Made by a program: the position numbers and the translations under genes. This document shows, piece after piece, positions 19,106 through 28,620 of a stretch of DNA of 64,000 nt. The DNA comes from an uncultured SAR116 cluster alpha proteobacterium (GTDB lineage: Bacteria; Pseudomonadota; Alphaproteobacteria; Puniceispirillales; GCA-002684695). Each line of letters starts with the position of its first letter. Position 1 is the first letter of the stretch. The notes under the pieces were generated by a model that was given only the letters and a program-made list of their open reading frames with translations, ran no database searches and was not told where the DNA came from. The stretch is from positions 19,062-83,061 of the forward strand of contig CACAIE010000001.1 of NCBI GenBank assembly GCA_902532475.1, in the 5' to 3' direction.

Positions 19106-19738
19106 ATGAATATAGAATTAAATGGTCCTAACTATAAACCACAAAGTGACGTCATAGAATATATTTGTATTTTTTTTCATGGATGGGGCAGTAATGGTGA
19201 TGATTTAATAGAATTGTCACCGATACTATCAAAGTATTTTCCAAAAATGCTTTTTTTAGCACCTCATGCACCTGAAACATGCGACATGAATCCAGTTGGC
19301 AGGCAATGGTTTAATATAATGGACAGAGAAGGGGGTATTGATGGCCCTATTAGTGGCATTGAAGATTATATTAAAAAAATAAAAATAGATTATAACATCA
19401 AAAATGAAAAAATATTTCTATTTGGCTTTAGTCAAGGAGCGATGATGGCATTACATTATGGATTGAGAGAAGCTGAAAAGTATGCTGGCATTCTGGCTTT
19501 TTCAGGTTCTTTAGTATCACCATCTAGGCTTGGAGAAATAAAAAATAAAACCCCAATTCTATTGGTTCATGGAAAAATGGATGAAGTTGTCCCATTTGAT
19601 GAAATGCAAAAGGCATCAGAAAAACTAAAAGAATTTGATTTAAATGTTGAAACTTTTCCGATACCAACAGTTGGCCATTGCATAGATAACTCTGGTATCG
19701 AGATGGCTATAAAATTCATGAAAAAGAATTGCAATTAA
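19106..19738 (+). CDS. Alpha/beta hydrolase, phospholipase/carboxylesterase family
   Basis: HGWGSNGDDL, nucleophile elbow GFSQGA, and LVHGKMDEVVP with a later GH. I chose ATG 19106 (AGGGA 8 nt upstream) over ATG 19067. Confidence 0.8.
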   Translation: MNIELNGPNYKPQSDVIEYICIFFHGWGSNGDDLIELSPILSKYFPKMLFLAPHAPETCDMNPVGRQWFNIMDREGGIDGPISGIEDYIKKIKIDYNIKNEKIFLFGFSQGAMMALHYGLREAEKYAGILAFSGSLVSPSRLGEIKNKTPILLVHGKMDEVVPFDEMQKASEKLKEFDLNVETFPIPTVGHCIDNSGIEMAIKFMKKNCN

Positions 19739-19804
19739 ACTCATTGATTTAATTGTAATATTAATATCTTATTGTAAATATATTAATAATGATAAGGTTA
19801 AAGT

Positions 19805-20353
19805 TTGAATTATTCTCCTACATTAGTATTAAACTCTGATTTTAGACCTTTAAGTTATTTTCCACTTTCTCTATGGTCTTGGCAAGAAACTATAAAAGCT
19901 GTTTTTTTGAAAAGGGTAAACATTCTTTCTGAATATGAATATGTGATTCATTCGCCATCATATCAAATCAGGTTGCCCTCTGTAATTTCATTAAAACAAT
20001 ATGTTCGTCAAGCACAGGCCCCTGCTTTTACTAGGTTTAATGTTTTTTTAAGGGACAGTTTTAGTTGTCAATATTGTAATTTAAAATTTCCTGCACAACA
20101 GTTAACTTTTGATCATGTTCTGCCAAGGTCCCTTGGAGGAAGAACTACCTGGGGAAATGTAGTTACCGCTTGTCAAAAATGTAATTATAAAAAAGGCAAT
20201 AAAGTTTTAAATCTATCTGGTTTAAGTCTTAGGTTGAAGCCTGAACAGCCCTCAACTTGGCTTTTGCAGCAAAATGGTAGAGCCTTCCCACCAAATTTTT
20301 TGCACCAAAGCTGGAGAGATTATCTATACTGGGATACAGAATTAGAAAAGTAA
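19805..20353 (+). CDS. HNH endonuclease family protein
   Basis: TTG start, 182 aa. CQYC ... FDHVLPRSLGGRTTWGNVVTACQKCNYKKG is a complete HNH/zinc-ribbon motif. Confidence 0.8.
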   Translation: MNYSPTLVLNSDFRPLSYFPLSLWSWQETIKAVFLKRVNILSEYEYVIHSPSYQIRLPSVISLKQYVRQAQAPAFTRFNVFLRDSFSCQYCNLKFPAQQLTFDHVLPRSLGGRTTWGNVVTACQKCNYKKGNKVLNLSGLSLRLKPEQPSTWLLQQNGRAFPPNFLHQSWRDYLYWDTELEK

Positions 20354-20363
20354 ATTTTTAAGT

Positions 20364-20888
20364 TCATATTTTTTCTGCAATTTTAATCGCACCCCTGCAA
20401 CCGCTTTGAATGATTCCTTTCATTATTCTATAGCCAAAAGCTTCTTCGCCATTATTCTCTTGAGCTATATTTCTATGTTCTAATTCTTCATCTGCAAATT
20501 CATTTAAAACTTTAGATAAAACTTTATTGCTTGATTTTAACTTTATTGCTTGTTTTTGGTAATGTTCACCAATAACTTCTTCTACAGCTATTGTACAAGC
20601 CATAGCTGACTTTGTTCCCATTAAAGCTGTTACAGCTCCTAAAGTTAACCCAGCTAAATTCCAAACAGGAGTTAGAAAACTAGGTCTTATATTGTATTCA
20701 TTTAACAATTCATCAAACTTATCCAAATGATGTTGCTCTTGGTCTCTCATATGTTTAATTTCTTCGGCTTCTTTGCGACCAGATAAAATTAAAAGCTGCC
20801 CATCATAAATCTTTCTGGCACTGACTTCACCAGCATGATCAACCCGCAACATTTTAGATAATTCTTTATGTTCTTTTTTCTTTTTCAT
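20364..20888 (-). CDS. coq7: Demethoxyubiquinone hydroxylase, Coq7 family (di-iron)
   Basis: LRVDHAGEVSA plus repeated E-x-x-H carboxylate motifs (DQEQHH, EEVIGEH, DEELEH). I chose ATG 20888 because GGGAGAGG lies 4 nt upstream. With that start it overlaps the dsbB end by 23 nt. Confidence 0.85.
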   Translation of the reverse strand: MKKKKEHKELSKMLRVDHAGEVSARKIYDGQLLILSGRKEAEEIKHMRDQEQHHLDKFDELLNEYNIRPSFLTPVWNLAGLTLGAVTALMGTKSAMACTIAVEEVIGEHYQKQAIKLKSSNKVLSKVLNEFADEELEHRNIAQENNGEEAFGYRIMKGIIQSGCRGAIKIAEKI

Positions 20889-21369
20889 AACGCCTCTCCC
20901 AATTATAAAAGCCAAAAATAATACAAAAACAACCCAAAACCAATGATAATATAGTATTCCAGTTTGCCATGGACAACCCTAGGAAATCCCAGAAAATTAT
21001 ATCGCAACCTGAAATAGGTTTAGCTAATAAATCATTTAGAGTTATATTTGAATTAAAATTAGTATCTATGCAACTAGAAGGTGAATTAAAATAACCCAAC
21101 TCCACGCCAGAGTGCCACAATCCAATTGCAGAACTTATTAGAGAAAAAAGACCAGCAAGTAATAAGAACTTATTATAATGATTTTTTATTAATAAAGATA
21201 ACAAACAAATTGCTATTACACCTACATGAGGCCATCTTTGCCATATACACATCTGGCAAGGTGTCAAATTATTAACGTATTCAAATGTTAAAGCTGTTAT
21301 CAACAAACTGCTAGAAAATATAATCGCAACTAAAGAAGGATTTTTAGTAATTAAATTATCAATAACCAT
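20866..21369 (-). CDS. dsbB: Disulfide bond formation protein B (DsbB family)
   Basis: 167 aa with 4 TM helices. First-loop CQMCIWQRWPH motif and a second periplasmic loop with Cys residues (SSC ... SGC). Confidence 0.8.
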   Translation of the reverse strand: MVIDNLITKNPSLVAIIFSSSLLITALTFEYVNNLTPCQMCIWQRWPHVGVIAICLLSLLIKNHYNKFLLLAGLFSLISSAIGLWHSGVELGYFNSPSSCIDTNFNSNITLNDLLAKPISGCDIIFWDFLGLSMANWNTILSLVLGCFCIIFGFYNWERRYEKEKRT

Positions 21370-21854
21370 AATATTAAAATAATTACTCCTAATACTAGTG
21401 TGGTTAAAGCTAAATTATTTTTTATAAAGTTTATAGCTTTTTCCCCAAGATAATAAGATAAAAAAGCTACAATTAAAAATCTTATTCCTCTTCCAAAAAT
21501 TGAGCCTAAAACAAATATTATCAACGGAACCCCGGAAGCTCCAGCTGAAATAGCAATAAGCTTATAAGGTAGTGGCGTAAACGCACCTATGAATGTAAGC
21601 ATCAATCCCCAATTGGCAAAACCATTTCTTACCTGTTTGAGGTCATTCCCAGAAACCCCAGGTAAAAAATCAACTAAGTTATTGATGCCAACACCAACTG
21701 ACAATCCTAATATCCATCCAAAAATTCCACCGAAAACTGAAGCTAAAATCGTAAAAAATGTCAAAAAAACAATTTTTCTTGGCTTGGCAATAATGCATGC
21801 AGCTAATAACGGATCTACTGGTATAGGGAAGAAAATAGACTCTGCAAAAGACAA
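21351..21854 (-). CDS. YqaA/DedA-like membrane protein; the start codon is uncertain
   Basis: Conserved SFAESIFFPIPVDPLL motif and about 4 TM helices. The only canonical start is TTG 21854. The frame stays open 40 codons further upstream (see findings). Confidence 0.7.
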   Translation of the reverse strand: MSFAESIFFPIPVDPLLAACIIAKPRKIVFLTFFTILASVFGGIFGWILGLSVGVGINNLVDFLPGVSGNDLKQVRNGFANWGLMLTFIGAFTPLPYKLIAISAGASGVPLIIFVLGSIFGRGIRFLIVAFLSYYLGEKAINFIKNNLALTTLVLGVIILILWLLII

Positions 21855-21989
21855 ACCAAATAAAACTTTGTTTGTAGTTTTGCTTGAGGAAACTTCTTTA
21901 ATTTTATCATAAAAATATTTGATTGTGAATTGACTTGATTTAAGCAGTTCTTTGTCTCCAAGGGTTACTTTATTTCAGCATTTATGAGA

Positions 21990-22076
21990 TGGTACGGATG
22001 GTCGGACTTGAACCGACAAGGTGTTGCCACCGGGGGATTTTGAATCCCCTGCGTCTACCAATTCCGCCACATCCGC
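21990..22076 (-). tRNA. tRNA-Leu (anticodon CAA), type II with long variable arm, encoded CCA
   Basis: Reverse complement reads GCGGATGTGGCGGAATTGGTAGACGCAGGGGATTCAAAATCCCCCGGTGGCAACACCTTGTCGGTTCAAGTCCGACCATCCGTACCA. It has a D-arm GGTAGA, an anticodon stem GGGGA/TCCCC with loop TTCAAAA, a long extra arm and a T-loop GGTTCAAGTCC. The G1-U72 acceptor pair and 87-nt length were determined by hand. Confidence 0.9.
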
Positions 22077-22132
22077 AGAAGTTAAAATAATATATTGAAT
22101 TATTATATTTAAATTATCATTAATCAATGATT

Positions 22133-22804
22133 TTATGAAAAATTGTTTGATATTATTCTTTTTTGCAATCTCTCTAAGTAGCTATCGCGTAAACCTAAAT
22201 TTTTGAGACTTTCACAAGTTTTATTTAAATATTCACAAGCTGTTCCAAGATATCCCTGAGCTTTTGAAATCATTAAAGCTGTTTTAGCTTCTGAAATTGA
22301 ACAAAGATAATTTTCATGACTTTTATTGATCACAAAAACGATCATATTAATTTTCCCTTTTGCTGAATGACCCTTGAGTATTTTTGGGATATACGCTCCT
22401 GTTATCATTTCACGTCTCCAGATTAAATCTAATTCTAGAGGGGCTAATTTTGTATTAATTTTAAATGCTTGCCCTAAAGTAGAACCACCAGCATTTAATC
22501 CTAGAACCAGGCCAGGAAAATCTTTACTTCCTCTGCCCATTTCAGATTTTAAACAATACTTTCTTCTGTATCCATATATTTTTACATTTCGTTTTTCTAT
22601 TGGTTCAATAACTGGATTCCAAATTAAAGAACCATACCCAAATAGCCAAACATCATCTTTGAAGTTGTCAGGGATTAGTTTTCGTCTAGAATTGAGAAGA
22701 GTTTTGTCATCAAGGAGTTTATCCCCAAAACCATGCTTTCTAGCAATTTTTCGTAATTTATCATCTTTAATATTCTGGCGGTTTAATTTAATTGTAGGTT
22801 GCAT
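22133..22804 (-). CDS. chaC: ChaC family gamma-glutamylcyclotransferase (glutathione-degrading)
   Basis: 223 aa. WLFGYGSLIWNP and YGYRR-YCL ... GRGS ... PGLVLGL motifs are typical of ChaC. Confidence 0.85.
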   Translation of the reverse strand: MQPTIKLNRQNIKDDKLRKIARKHGFGDKLLDDKTLLNSRRKLIPDNFKDDVWLFGYGSLIWNPVIEPIEKRNVKIYGYRRKYCLKSEMGRGSKDFPGLVLGLNAGGSTLGQAFKINTKLAPLELDLIWRREMITGAYIPKILKGHSAKGKINMIVFVINKSHENYLCSISEAKTALMISKAQGYLGTACEYLNKTCESLKNLGLRDSYLERLQKRIISNNFS

Positions 22805-22911
22805 AATTAGTTATAGATCTAAAGTTCAGTTAAGTATAAATAAAAAGTAATATAGTACTGGTTAGCTCTAAATAAAATAAACAATTATTTATAAGCAGTT
22901 ATAAAACAAAG

Positions 22912-23736
22912 TTATTTTTTCTGATTCAAAGTAACTACCCTCTGGGGAAATGGTATCTCAATTTTTGCGTCATCAAGAACAGATTTTGTTTTTTTCATTA
23001 GATCCCAATATAATTCCCAATAAACGTTATTTTTTGCATATAACCTTAATCTAACAGTAATTGAGCTATCACCATATTGAACCACCAAACCTTGAGGCTG
23101 AGGTTTGTTTAAAACCCTTTCATCCTCAGCCATTTTCAATAATGTATTTAAAACAAAATCAAGGTCGCAGTTATATGATACGCCAATATCAATATCCATT
23201 CTGCGTGTGTTATATCTTGAGTGGTTTATAATAGTTGATGACCATATGGTGCTATTTGGAACAGAAATATAAACATTGTCAAAAGTGTCAATGGTTGTAG
23301 TGAATAAACCAATCTCTCTTACAGTTCCAGACATATTTGCTGCTTCAATCCAATTACCAACTTTGAAAGGCCTTAAAAATAATAGCATAACACCTGCTGC
23401 AACATTAGATAATGTACCTTGCAATGCTAATCCAATTGCAAGGCCTGCCGCACCCAAGACTGCTATTATAGAAGTTGTGTTAACTCCAAATTGAGCTAAA
23501 ACGGCAACTACTGTTACAACCAGTAAAGCATACCTGATGACTGAGCCTGCTACAGGAGGTAAAGTGGGGTCAAGTTTGTCTACCTTTATTAATGTATCTC
23601 TAATCCAAATACTAATTTTTGATGAAAACCAAATACCAATTATCAGGGTAATGACGGCTGCTAAAAAATTCAATGACCAATCAATTGCTAATTGAATGAT
23701 TGCAGGAAATTCATTTGAGAAGTTTATATAGTCCAT
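22912..23736 (-). CDS. Small-conductance mechanosensitive channel (MscS family)
   Basis: 274 aa. Three N-terminal TM helices, a Gly/Ala-rich pore helix (AAGLAIGLALQGTLSNVAAGVMLL), PFKVGNWIE and a beta-domain. Confidence 0.88.
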   Translation of the reverse strand: MDYINFSNEFPAIIQLAIDWSLNFLAAVITLIIGIWFSSKISIWIRDTLIKVDKLDPTLPPVAGSVIRYALLVVTVVAVLAQFGVNTTSIIAVLGAAGLAIGLALQGTLSNVAAGVMLLFLRPFKVGNWIEAANMSGTVREIGLFTTTIDTFDNVYISVPNSTIWSSTIINHSRYNTRRMDIDIGVSYNCDLDFVLNTLLKMAEDERVLNKPQPQGLVVQYGDSSITVRLRLYAKNNVYWELYWDLMKKTKSVLDDAKIEIPFPQRVVTLNQKK

Positions 23737-23867
23737 TAATTAAGTTCGAATTACTCCAAAAAATTAAGATAATTTAATCTTTTACTAAATTAAATCTACC
23801 ACTAATAAATGGTTTATATTATTAATGCATTAAAAAATATAATTATTTGAGCTTGTAAGAGTATTTA

Positions 23868-24809
23868 ATGAAAATTATCAATTGGGGAATTTTAGATAAA
23901 AAATTGAATATTGACTCAAGTGCTGCAGCCATAGGAAACTTTGATGGAGTTCACCTTGGCCATGTTCATGTCTTAAAACAAGCAAAAAAGTATTCTAGAA
24001 AATTACATCTTCCTCTTACGATTTTGACATTTGACCCCCATCCAAGGGAGTTTTTTTCAAAAGATAAAGAGTTTTTTAAACTGCAAAATTTTTCAGAGAA
24101 GAGTAAATCTTTAAAAGAACATGGTGTCGATTGTTTAATTAAATTGAAATTTGATCACTTGCTTTCAGAGTTATCCCCTGAAGAATTTATAAAAATAATT
24201 TTGTGTGATAATTTATCCATAAAACATGTTTGTGTTGGTAAAGATTTTAAATTTGGAAGAAACCGACAAGGCAGTATAGAAACTCTTAAAACAATTGGAA
24301 AAATTTATAAACTTAATGTTTCAGATATAGAAATTAAAAATAAAAGTGGATTAACAATTTCATCAACAAAAATTAGAGAGTATCTTAAAGCTGGAAACAT
24401 AGAAACTGCTAATAGATTATTAGGTAGACCATATATAATATCTGATTTAGTCATTGAGGGAGATAAAAGAGGAAGAAAAATTAATTTTCCTACAGCAAAT
24501 ATTAAGTTAAATGATCTAATTAGACCAGCATTTGGCGTTTACGCTGTAAAGGTATCAGGTATAGGAATTAAATCTTATAATGGAATAGCAAATATTGGGA
24601 AGAGGCCTACTGTAAATGATCGTGGAGTATTATTAGAGGTTAATATCTTTGATTTTGATGGTGATCTTTACGGTAAGGAGATTAAAGTCTCATTATTAAA
24701 ATTTATTAGAGAAGAACAAAAATTTGATGGGTTAGGAAGTTTAAAGGAACAAATTATAAAAGATGTATATAAAGCGAAAAACATTTTAAAATCATATTCA
24801 GAAATATAG
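23868..24809 (+). CDS. ribF: Bifunctional riboflavin kinase / FMN adenylyltransferase
   Basis: 313 aa. AIGNFDGVHLGH, a C-terminal kinase part with FPTANI, and EVNIFDFDGDLYG. Confidence 0.93.
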   Translation: MKIINWGILDKKLNIDSSAAAIGNFDGVHLGHVHVLKQAKKYSRKLHLPLTILTFDPHPREFFSKDKEFFKLQNFSEKSKSLKEHGVDCLIKLKFDHLLSELSPEEFIKIILCDNLSIKHVCVGKDFKFGRNRQGSIETLKTIGKIYKLNVSDIEIKNKSGLTISSTKIREYLKAGNIETANRLLGRPYIISDLVIEGDKRGRKINFPTANIKLNDLIRPAFGVYAVKVSGIGIKSYNGIANIGKRPTVNDRGVLLEVNIFDFDGDLYGKEIKVSLLKFIREEQKFDGLGSLKEQIIKDVYKAKNILKSYSEI

Positions 24810-24849
24810 AATCATAAAGTTATTATCAATTTAAAGGCTAAATTATTAT

Positions 24850-27612
24850 ATGAACTACAAACAAACAGTATTTTTACCAAAAACTGAATTTCCAATGAAA
24901 GCTGGTTTGCCCCGAAAGGAACCAGAGATTCTTAAAGATTGGGATGAACTAAATATTTATCAAAAACTAAGAGATTTAAGAAAAGGATCCGAAAAATATA
25001 TTCTTCATGATGGACCACCATATGCAAATGGAAATCTTCATATGGGCACAGCACTAAATAAAATTTTAAAAGATATAATTAATCGTTTTCAATCAATGTT
25101 AGGGAAAGATGCTAACTATGTACCTGGATGGGATTGCCATGGGCTACCTATAGAATGGAAAATTGAGGAGCAATACAGAAAAAGAGGTAAGGATAAAGAT
25201 TCAATTCCAATAGTTGAATTTAGAAAAGAATGTAGAGATTTTGCAAAAAAATGGATGGACATTCAATCTCAAGAGTTTCAAAGATTAGGAGTTTGTGGAG
25301 ATTTTTTTAACCCATATACAACCATGACTTATGAAGCTGAGGCTTCTATAGCTAACGAAATGGGGAAATTTTTATTGAATGGAAGTTTATATAGAGGATC
25401 TAAACCAGTAATGTGGTCAGTTGTTGAAAAAACTGCTTTAGCTGAAGCTGAAATAGAATATGAAGATCACAAGTCAATTACAATTTATGCAAAGTTTCCA
25501 GTTAAAAATAGTCACTTAAAAGAACTAAATGATGCAAATATTATAATTTGGACAACGACACCCTGGACAATACCAGGAAATAGAGCCGTCGCTTACGCCA
25601 AAGAAATTCACTATTCTTTATTGCATATTCTTAAAACAGAAGAGGGAAGTATAGCAAAGGCCAACCAAAAGATTGTAATTGCAAAAGATTTAATAAATAG
25701 CGTTTTGCCAGATTGCAAAATACTAGAATGGAATGAGATTTTATCAATCGAAGGTGAAAAGTTCCTGGGCACAATTTTATCGCATCCTTTGGGAAATTTT
25801 GGTTACAACCATGAAGTTGAAATGCTTCCTGCTGATTTTGTTACAGTTGATCAAGGAACAGGTTTTGTTCATATAGCGCCGGGGCACGGTGAAGATGATT
25901 ATATCCTAGGTAAAGAACATAATATAGAGGTTCCTGAAACATTAAATGCTAATGGAAAACTTTTAGATCATCTACCGCTTTTTGGTGGGATGCATGTTTT
26001 AAGAGATAATTCAAAAATAGCTGACATAATGTCAGAAAAAGATTCATTAATTGGAAGAGGAGAGCTAATTCATTCTTATCCACATTCTTGGCGTTCAAAA
26101 GCTCCATTAGTTTTTAGAAATACACCCCAATGGTTTATATCAATGGATAAAAATGAATTAAGAAATATAGCTCTTAAAGAAATAGAAAAAACAAAATTTT
26201 ATCCACCTGCTGGTAAGCAAAGATTGTTTTCTATGATAGAAAATAGACCTGATTGGTGTTTAAGCAGGCAGAGAGCTTGGGGTATACCTATCCCGGTGTT
26301 TATTAATAAAAAAACAGGTGAACCGCTGAGAGACAAAATAGTGATAGATAGAATTGTAGATGCATTTAAGAAAAAAGGCTCCGATGCATGGTTTGAAACT
26401 TCTTCTAAAGATTTTCTTAACCCAGAGTATGAAGCAGAAGATTATAATCAAGTTCAAGATATTGCTGATGTGTGGTTTGATTCAGGTTCAACTCATGCTT
26501 TTGTTCTTGAGGAAAGATCGGATTTGAATAGCCCTGCGAATCTTTATTTGGAAGGTTCGGATCAGCATAGGGGATGGTTCCATTCATCTTTACTTGAATC
26601 GGTTGGATCAAGGGGTGTAGCACCTTTTGAAGGAATTTTAACGCACGGTTTTGTCCTTGATGACAAAGGAAGAAAAATGTCGAAATCTCTTGGTAATACA
26701 GTCAATCCACAAGACATTCTAAGAGATTACGGTGCAGACATTTTAAGGTTATGGGTGGCAGGTTCAGATTACTATGAAGATTTAAGAATTGGCCCTGAAA
26801 TTATCAAGCACCATACTGACCATTACAGGAGATTGAGAAACACACTGAGATATCTTCTTGGTAGCTTAAATGGTTTTAATGATAAGGAGAAAATTGAGTG
26901 TTCACAGATGCCTCAGCTAGAAAAATGGCTTTTGCATAGAGTTTTTGAGATTAACAATTCGATTAGAGAAAAAATTGAGGAGTATCAATTCCACTCTATT
27001 TACACCGAAATTCATAATTTCTGTACCGTTGAGCTCTCTTCTTTTTATTTTGACATTAGAAAAGATCTTTTATATTGCGGAGATCCTCTTGGAATGGAAA
27101 GAAGGGGTTGTAGAACAGCATTAGATATACTTTTTAACTACCTTTCATCTTGGTTAGCACCCATTTTATGCTTTACAGCTGAGGAAGCTTGGCAATCTTA
27201 TGTTAAGAATAAAGAGGACTCTATTCATTTGAAAACTATTCCAGAATCAAATCGAGACTGGTCAAATGAAGACTTAAGTAAAAAATGGAAAAGAATCAGA
27301 TATATAAGAAGTCTTGTGTTATTAGAAATTGAAGAAGCAAGAAACAAAAATATAATTAAATCTAGTCTTCAAGCAGTTCCCAAGATTTCAATGACAGAAA
27401 CTGATAAAAATTTGTTTGATGGCGTTAATGCTGCTGACATATTTATTACATCAGATGTAAGTTTTATATTAAATGATGTTGATACACCCTCTGTAGAAAT
27501 TCATATTGCTGAGGGAAACAAATGTGAACGATGTTGGAAAATACTCCCTGAAGTTAAGGAAGAAGAGATCTGCAATAGATGCAATGATGTTATTAAAAGA
27601 AATTTCAAATAA
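24850..27612 (+). CDS. ileS: Isoleucine--tRNA ligase
   Basis: 920 aa. HDGPPYANGNLHMGT (HIGH), KMSKSLGN (KMSKS) and a C-terminal Zn-finger CERCW ... CNRC. Confidence 0.96.
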   Translation: MNYKQTVFLPKTEFPMKAGLPRKEPEILKDWDELNIYQKLRDLRKGSEKYILHDGPPYANGNLHMGTALNKILKDIINRFQSMLGKDANYVPGWDCHGLPIEWKIEEQYRKRGKDKDSIPIVEFRKECRDFAKKWMDIQSQEFQRLGVCGDFFNPYTTMTYEAEASIANEMGKFLLNGSLYRGSKPVMWSVVEKTALAEAEIEYEDHKSITIYAKFPVKNSHLKELNDANIIIWTTTPWTIPGNRAVAYAKEIHYSLLHILKTEEGSIAKANQKIVIAKDLINSVLPDCKILEWNEILSIEGEKFLGTILSHPLGNFGYNHEVEMLPADFVTVDQGTGFVHIAPGHGEDDYILGKEHNIEVPETLNANGKLLDHLPLFGGMHVLRDNSKIADIMSEKDSLIGRGELIHSYPHSWRSKAPLVFRNTPQWFISMDKNELRNIALKEIEKTKFYPPAGKQRLFSMIENRPDWCLSRQRAWGIPIPVFINKKTGEPLRDKIVIDRIVDAFKKKGSDAWFETSSKDFLNPEYEAEDYNQVQDIADVWFDSGSTHAFVLEERSDLNSPANLYLEGSDQHRGWFHSSLLESVGSRGVAPFEGILTHGFVLDDKGRKMSKSLGNTVNPQDILRDYGADILRLWVAGSDYYEDLRIGPEIIKHHTDHYRRLRNTLRYLLGSLNGFNDKEKIECSQMPQLEKWLLHRVFEINNSIREKIEEYQFHSIYTEIHNFCTVELSSFYFDIRKDLLYCGDPLGMERRGCRTALDILFNYLSSWLAPILCFTAEEAWQSYVKNKEDSIHLKTIPESNRDWSNEDLSKKWKRIRYIRSLVLLEIEEARNKNIIKSSLQAVPKISMTETDKNLFDGVNAADIFITSDVSFILNDVDTPSVEIHIAEGNKCERCWKILPEVKEEEICNRCNDVIKRNFK

Positions 27613-27614
27613 AG

Positions 27615-28100
27615 ATGAATATTGCTCAATTTCTTAAAGGTCATTTAAAATTGCGAATTTGGGTTTTACCTATTGCGGTTCTTTTTCTTGATCAAATATC
27701 CAAGTTTATTATTCATGCCTATTTATTTAACGATATGTCATCGATAAAACTATTGTTTTTTTTTAATTTGGTTCCTGTATGGAATAGTGGAATATCTTTT
27801 GGGATGTTTAATGAAACAGGCGAAATTGGAAGGTTATTTTTTATAATTTTGGGATTTACGTTCGGTGTCATAATTCCAATCTATACGTCTAATTGGAATT
27901 TCATAGAAAGAATTGGTGCTGGGTTTTTGTCTGGTGGAGCTTTAGGAAATGCTTTAGATAGAGTCATTTATGGAAGTGTAGTGGATTTTTTAGATTTCCA
28001 TTGGAATGATATTCACTTTCCAACATTTAATTTTGCAGATACATTTATTACATTTGGTGTAATTTTAATATTCTTTGCTAATTTTAGAAAAAGTAATTAA
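27615..28100 (+). CDS. lspA: Lipoprotein signal peptidase (signal peptidase II)
   Basis: 161 aa with 4 TM helices. NSGISFG and VVDFLDF ... FNFAD motifs. Lies 2 bp after ileS, the conserved order. Confidence 0.92.
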   Translation: MNIAQFLKGHLKLRIWVLPIAVLFLDQISKFIIHAYLFNDMSSIKLLFFFNLVPVWNSGISFGMFNETGEIGRLFFIILGFTFGVIIPIYTSNWNFIERIGAGFLSGGALGNALDRVIYGSVVDFLDFHWNDIHFPTFNFADTFITFGVILIFFANFRKSN

Positions 28101-28131
28101 AAATTAATTTATAAATATTAGGATTTAGATT

Positions 28132-28590
28132 TTGAATAAAATATTTTTAACCTTTCTTCTTATTTTTTGTTTCTATTTGACTGGTTGCTCTAGTTTTAGG
28201 CAAGCAGTAGGTTCTGAGAAGATTAAATTAGACGAATTCGCTATAGTTGAAAAAAATAAGCTGGTTATGCCTCCAAAGTTCGATTTAACTGCTGAAATAA
28301 AATCTTTAGACAATAAAGAATCTAATGCAAAACATGAAATTGCCACCTTGTTTGGTGTGGAAAGAAGGCTAGAAATGGATGACCTAGACCAACAGTTTTC
28401 TAAGTTATTTCCTTTGGGACAAATATCAGAAAATATAAGAATATTAATTAATGAAGAAACATATAACCTCCAAATGCAAAGCAGGGCAGGAATTGATATT
28501 CTTTTTGGAGATAATGACCCTCCATTAATTGGGCCAATACTCGATGCCACAAAAGAACAGGATAGGTTGAATCAACTTCTAAATAAATAA
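28132..28590 (+). CDS. DUF3035-type lipoprotein
   Basis: TTG start with AGGA 8 nt upstream. Lipobox FYLTGC. The LDEFAIVEKNKLVMPPKF segment resembles the DUF3035 core. This family commonly follows lspA in alphaproteobacteria. Confidence 0.7.
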   Translation: MNKIFLTFLLIFCFYLTGCSSFRQAVGSEKIKLDEFAIVEKNKLVMPPKFDLTAEIKSLDNKESNAKHEIATLFGVERRLEMDDLDQQFSKLFPLGQISENIRILINEETYNLQMQSRAGIDILFGDNDPPLIGPILDATKEQDRLNQLLNK

Positions 28591-28620
28591 TTTACTTATC
28601 TTACATTTTTAGGAGGGCAA

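Noticed and set aside
19805-20353. HNH endonuclease as a homing or mobile element, or part of a restriction or defence system.
   Set aside because: It is a stand-alone 182-aa gene. It is not inserted in another gene, has no intein or intron context, and has no adjacent methyltransferase, helicase or other defence partner. It resembles the conserved chromosomal COG1403-type family.
21978-22132. tRNA-Leu as a genomic-island integration site.
   Set aside because: There is no integrase or other mobile gene on either side. I saw no direct repeat of the tRNA 3' end nearby. The flanking genes (chaC, yqaA-dsbB-coq7) are housekeeping.
22374-22850. 158-aa plus-strand ORF.
   Set aside because: It is entirely antisense to the well-supported chaC gene and has a low-complexity, Ser/Pro/Phe/Ile-rich composition typical of shadow frames. 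The same reasoning applies to the other listed antisense ORFs inside confident genes (for example 482-721, 8865-9164, 11914-12210, 13839-14132, 21589-21912, 28173-28550 and 40418-40792).
23737-23867. Possible riboswitches or leaders upstream of ribF (FMN), thrC (53861-53958), ald/RND (11376-11516) and upp (12636-12749).
   Set aside because: These spacers are short, almost pure A/T, and lack the conserved G/C-rich cores of the FMN, SAM, glycine or TPP elements. I could find no stable stem.
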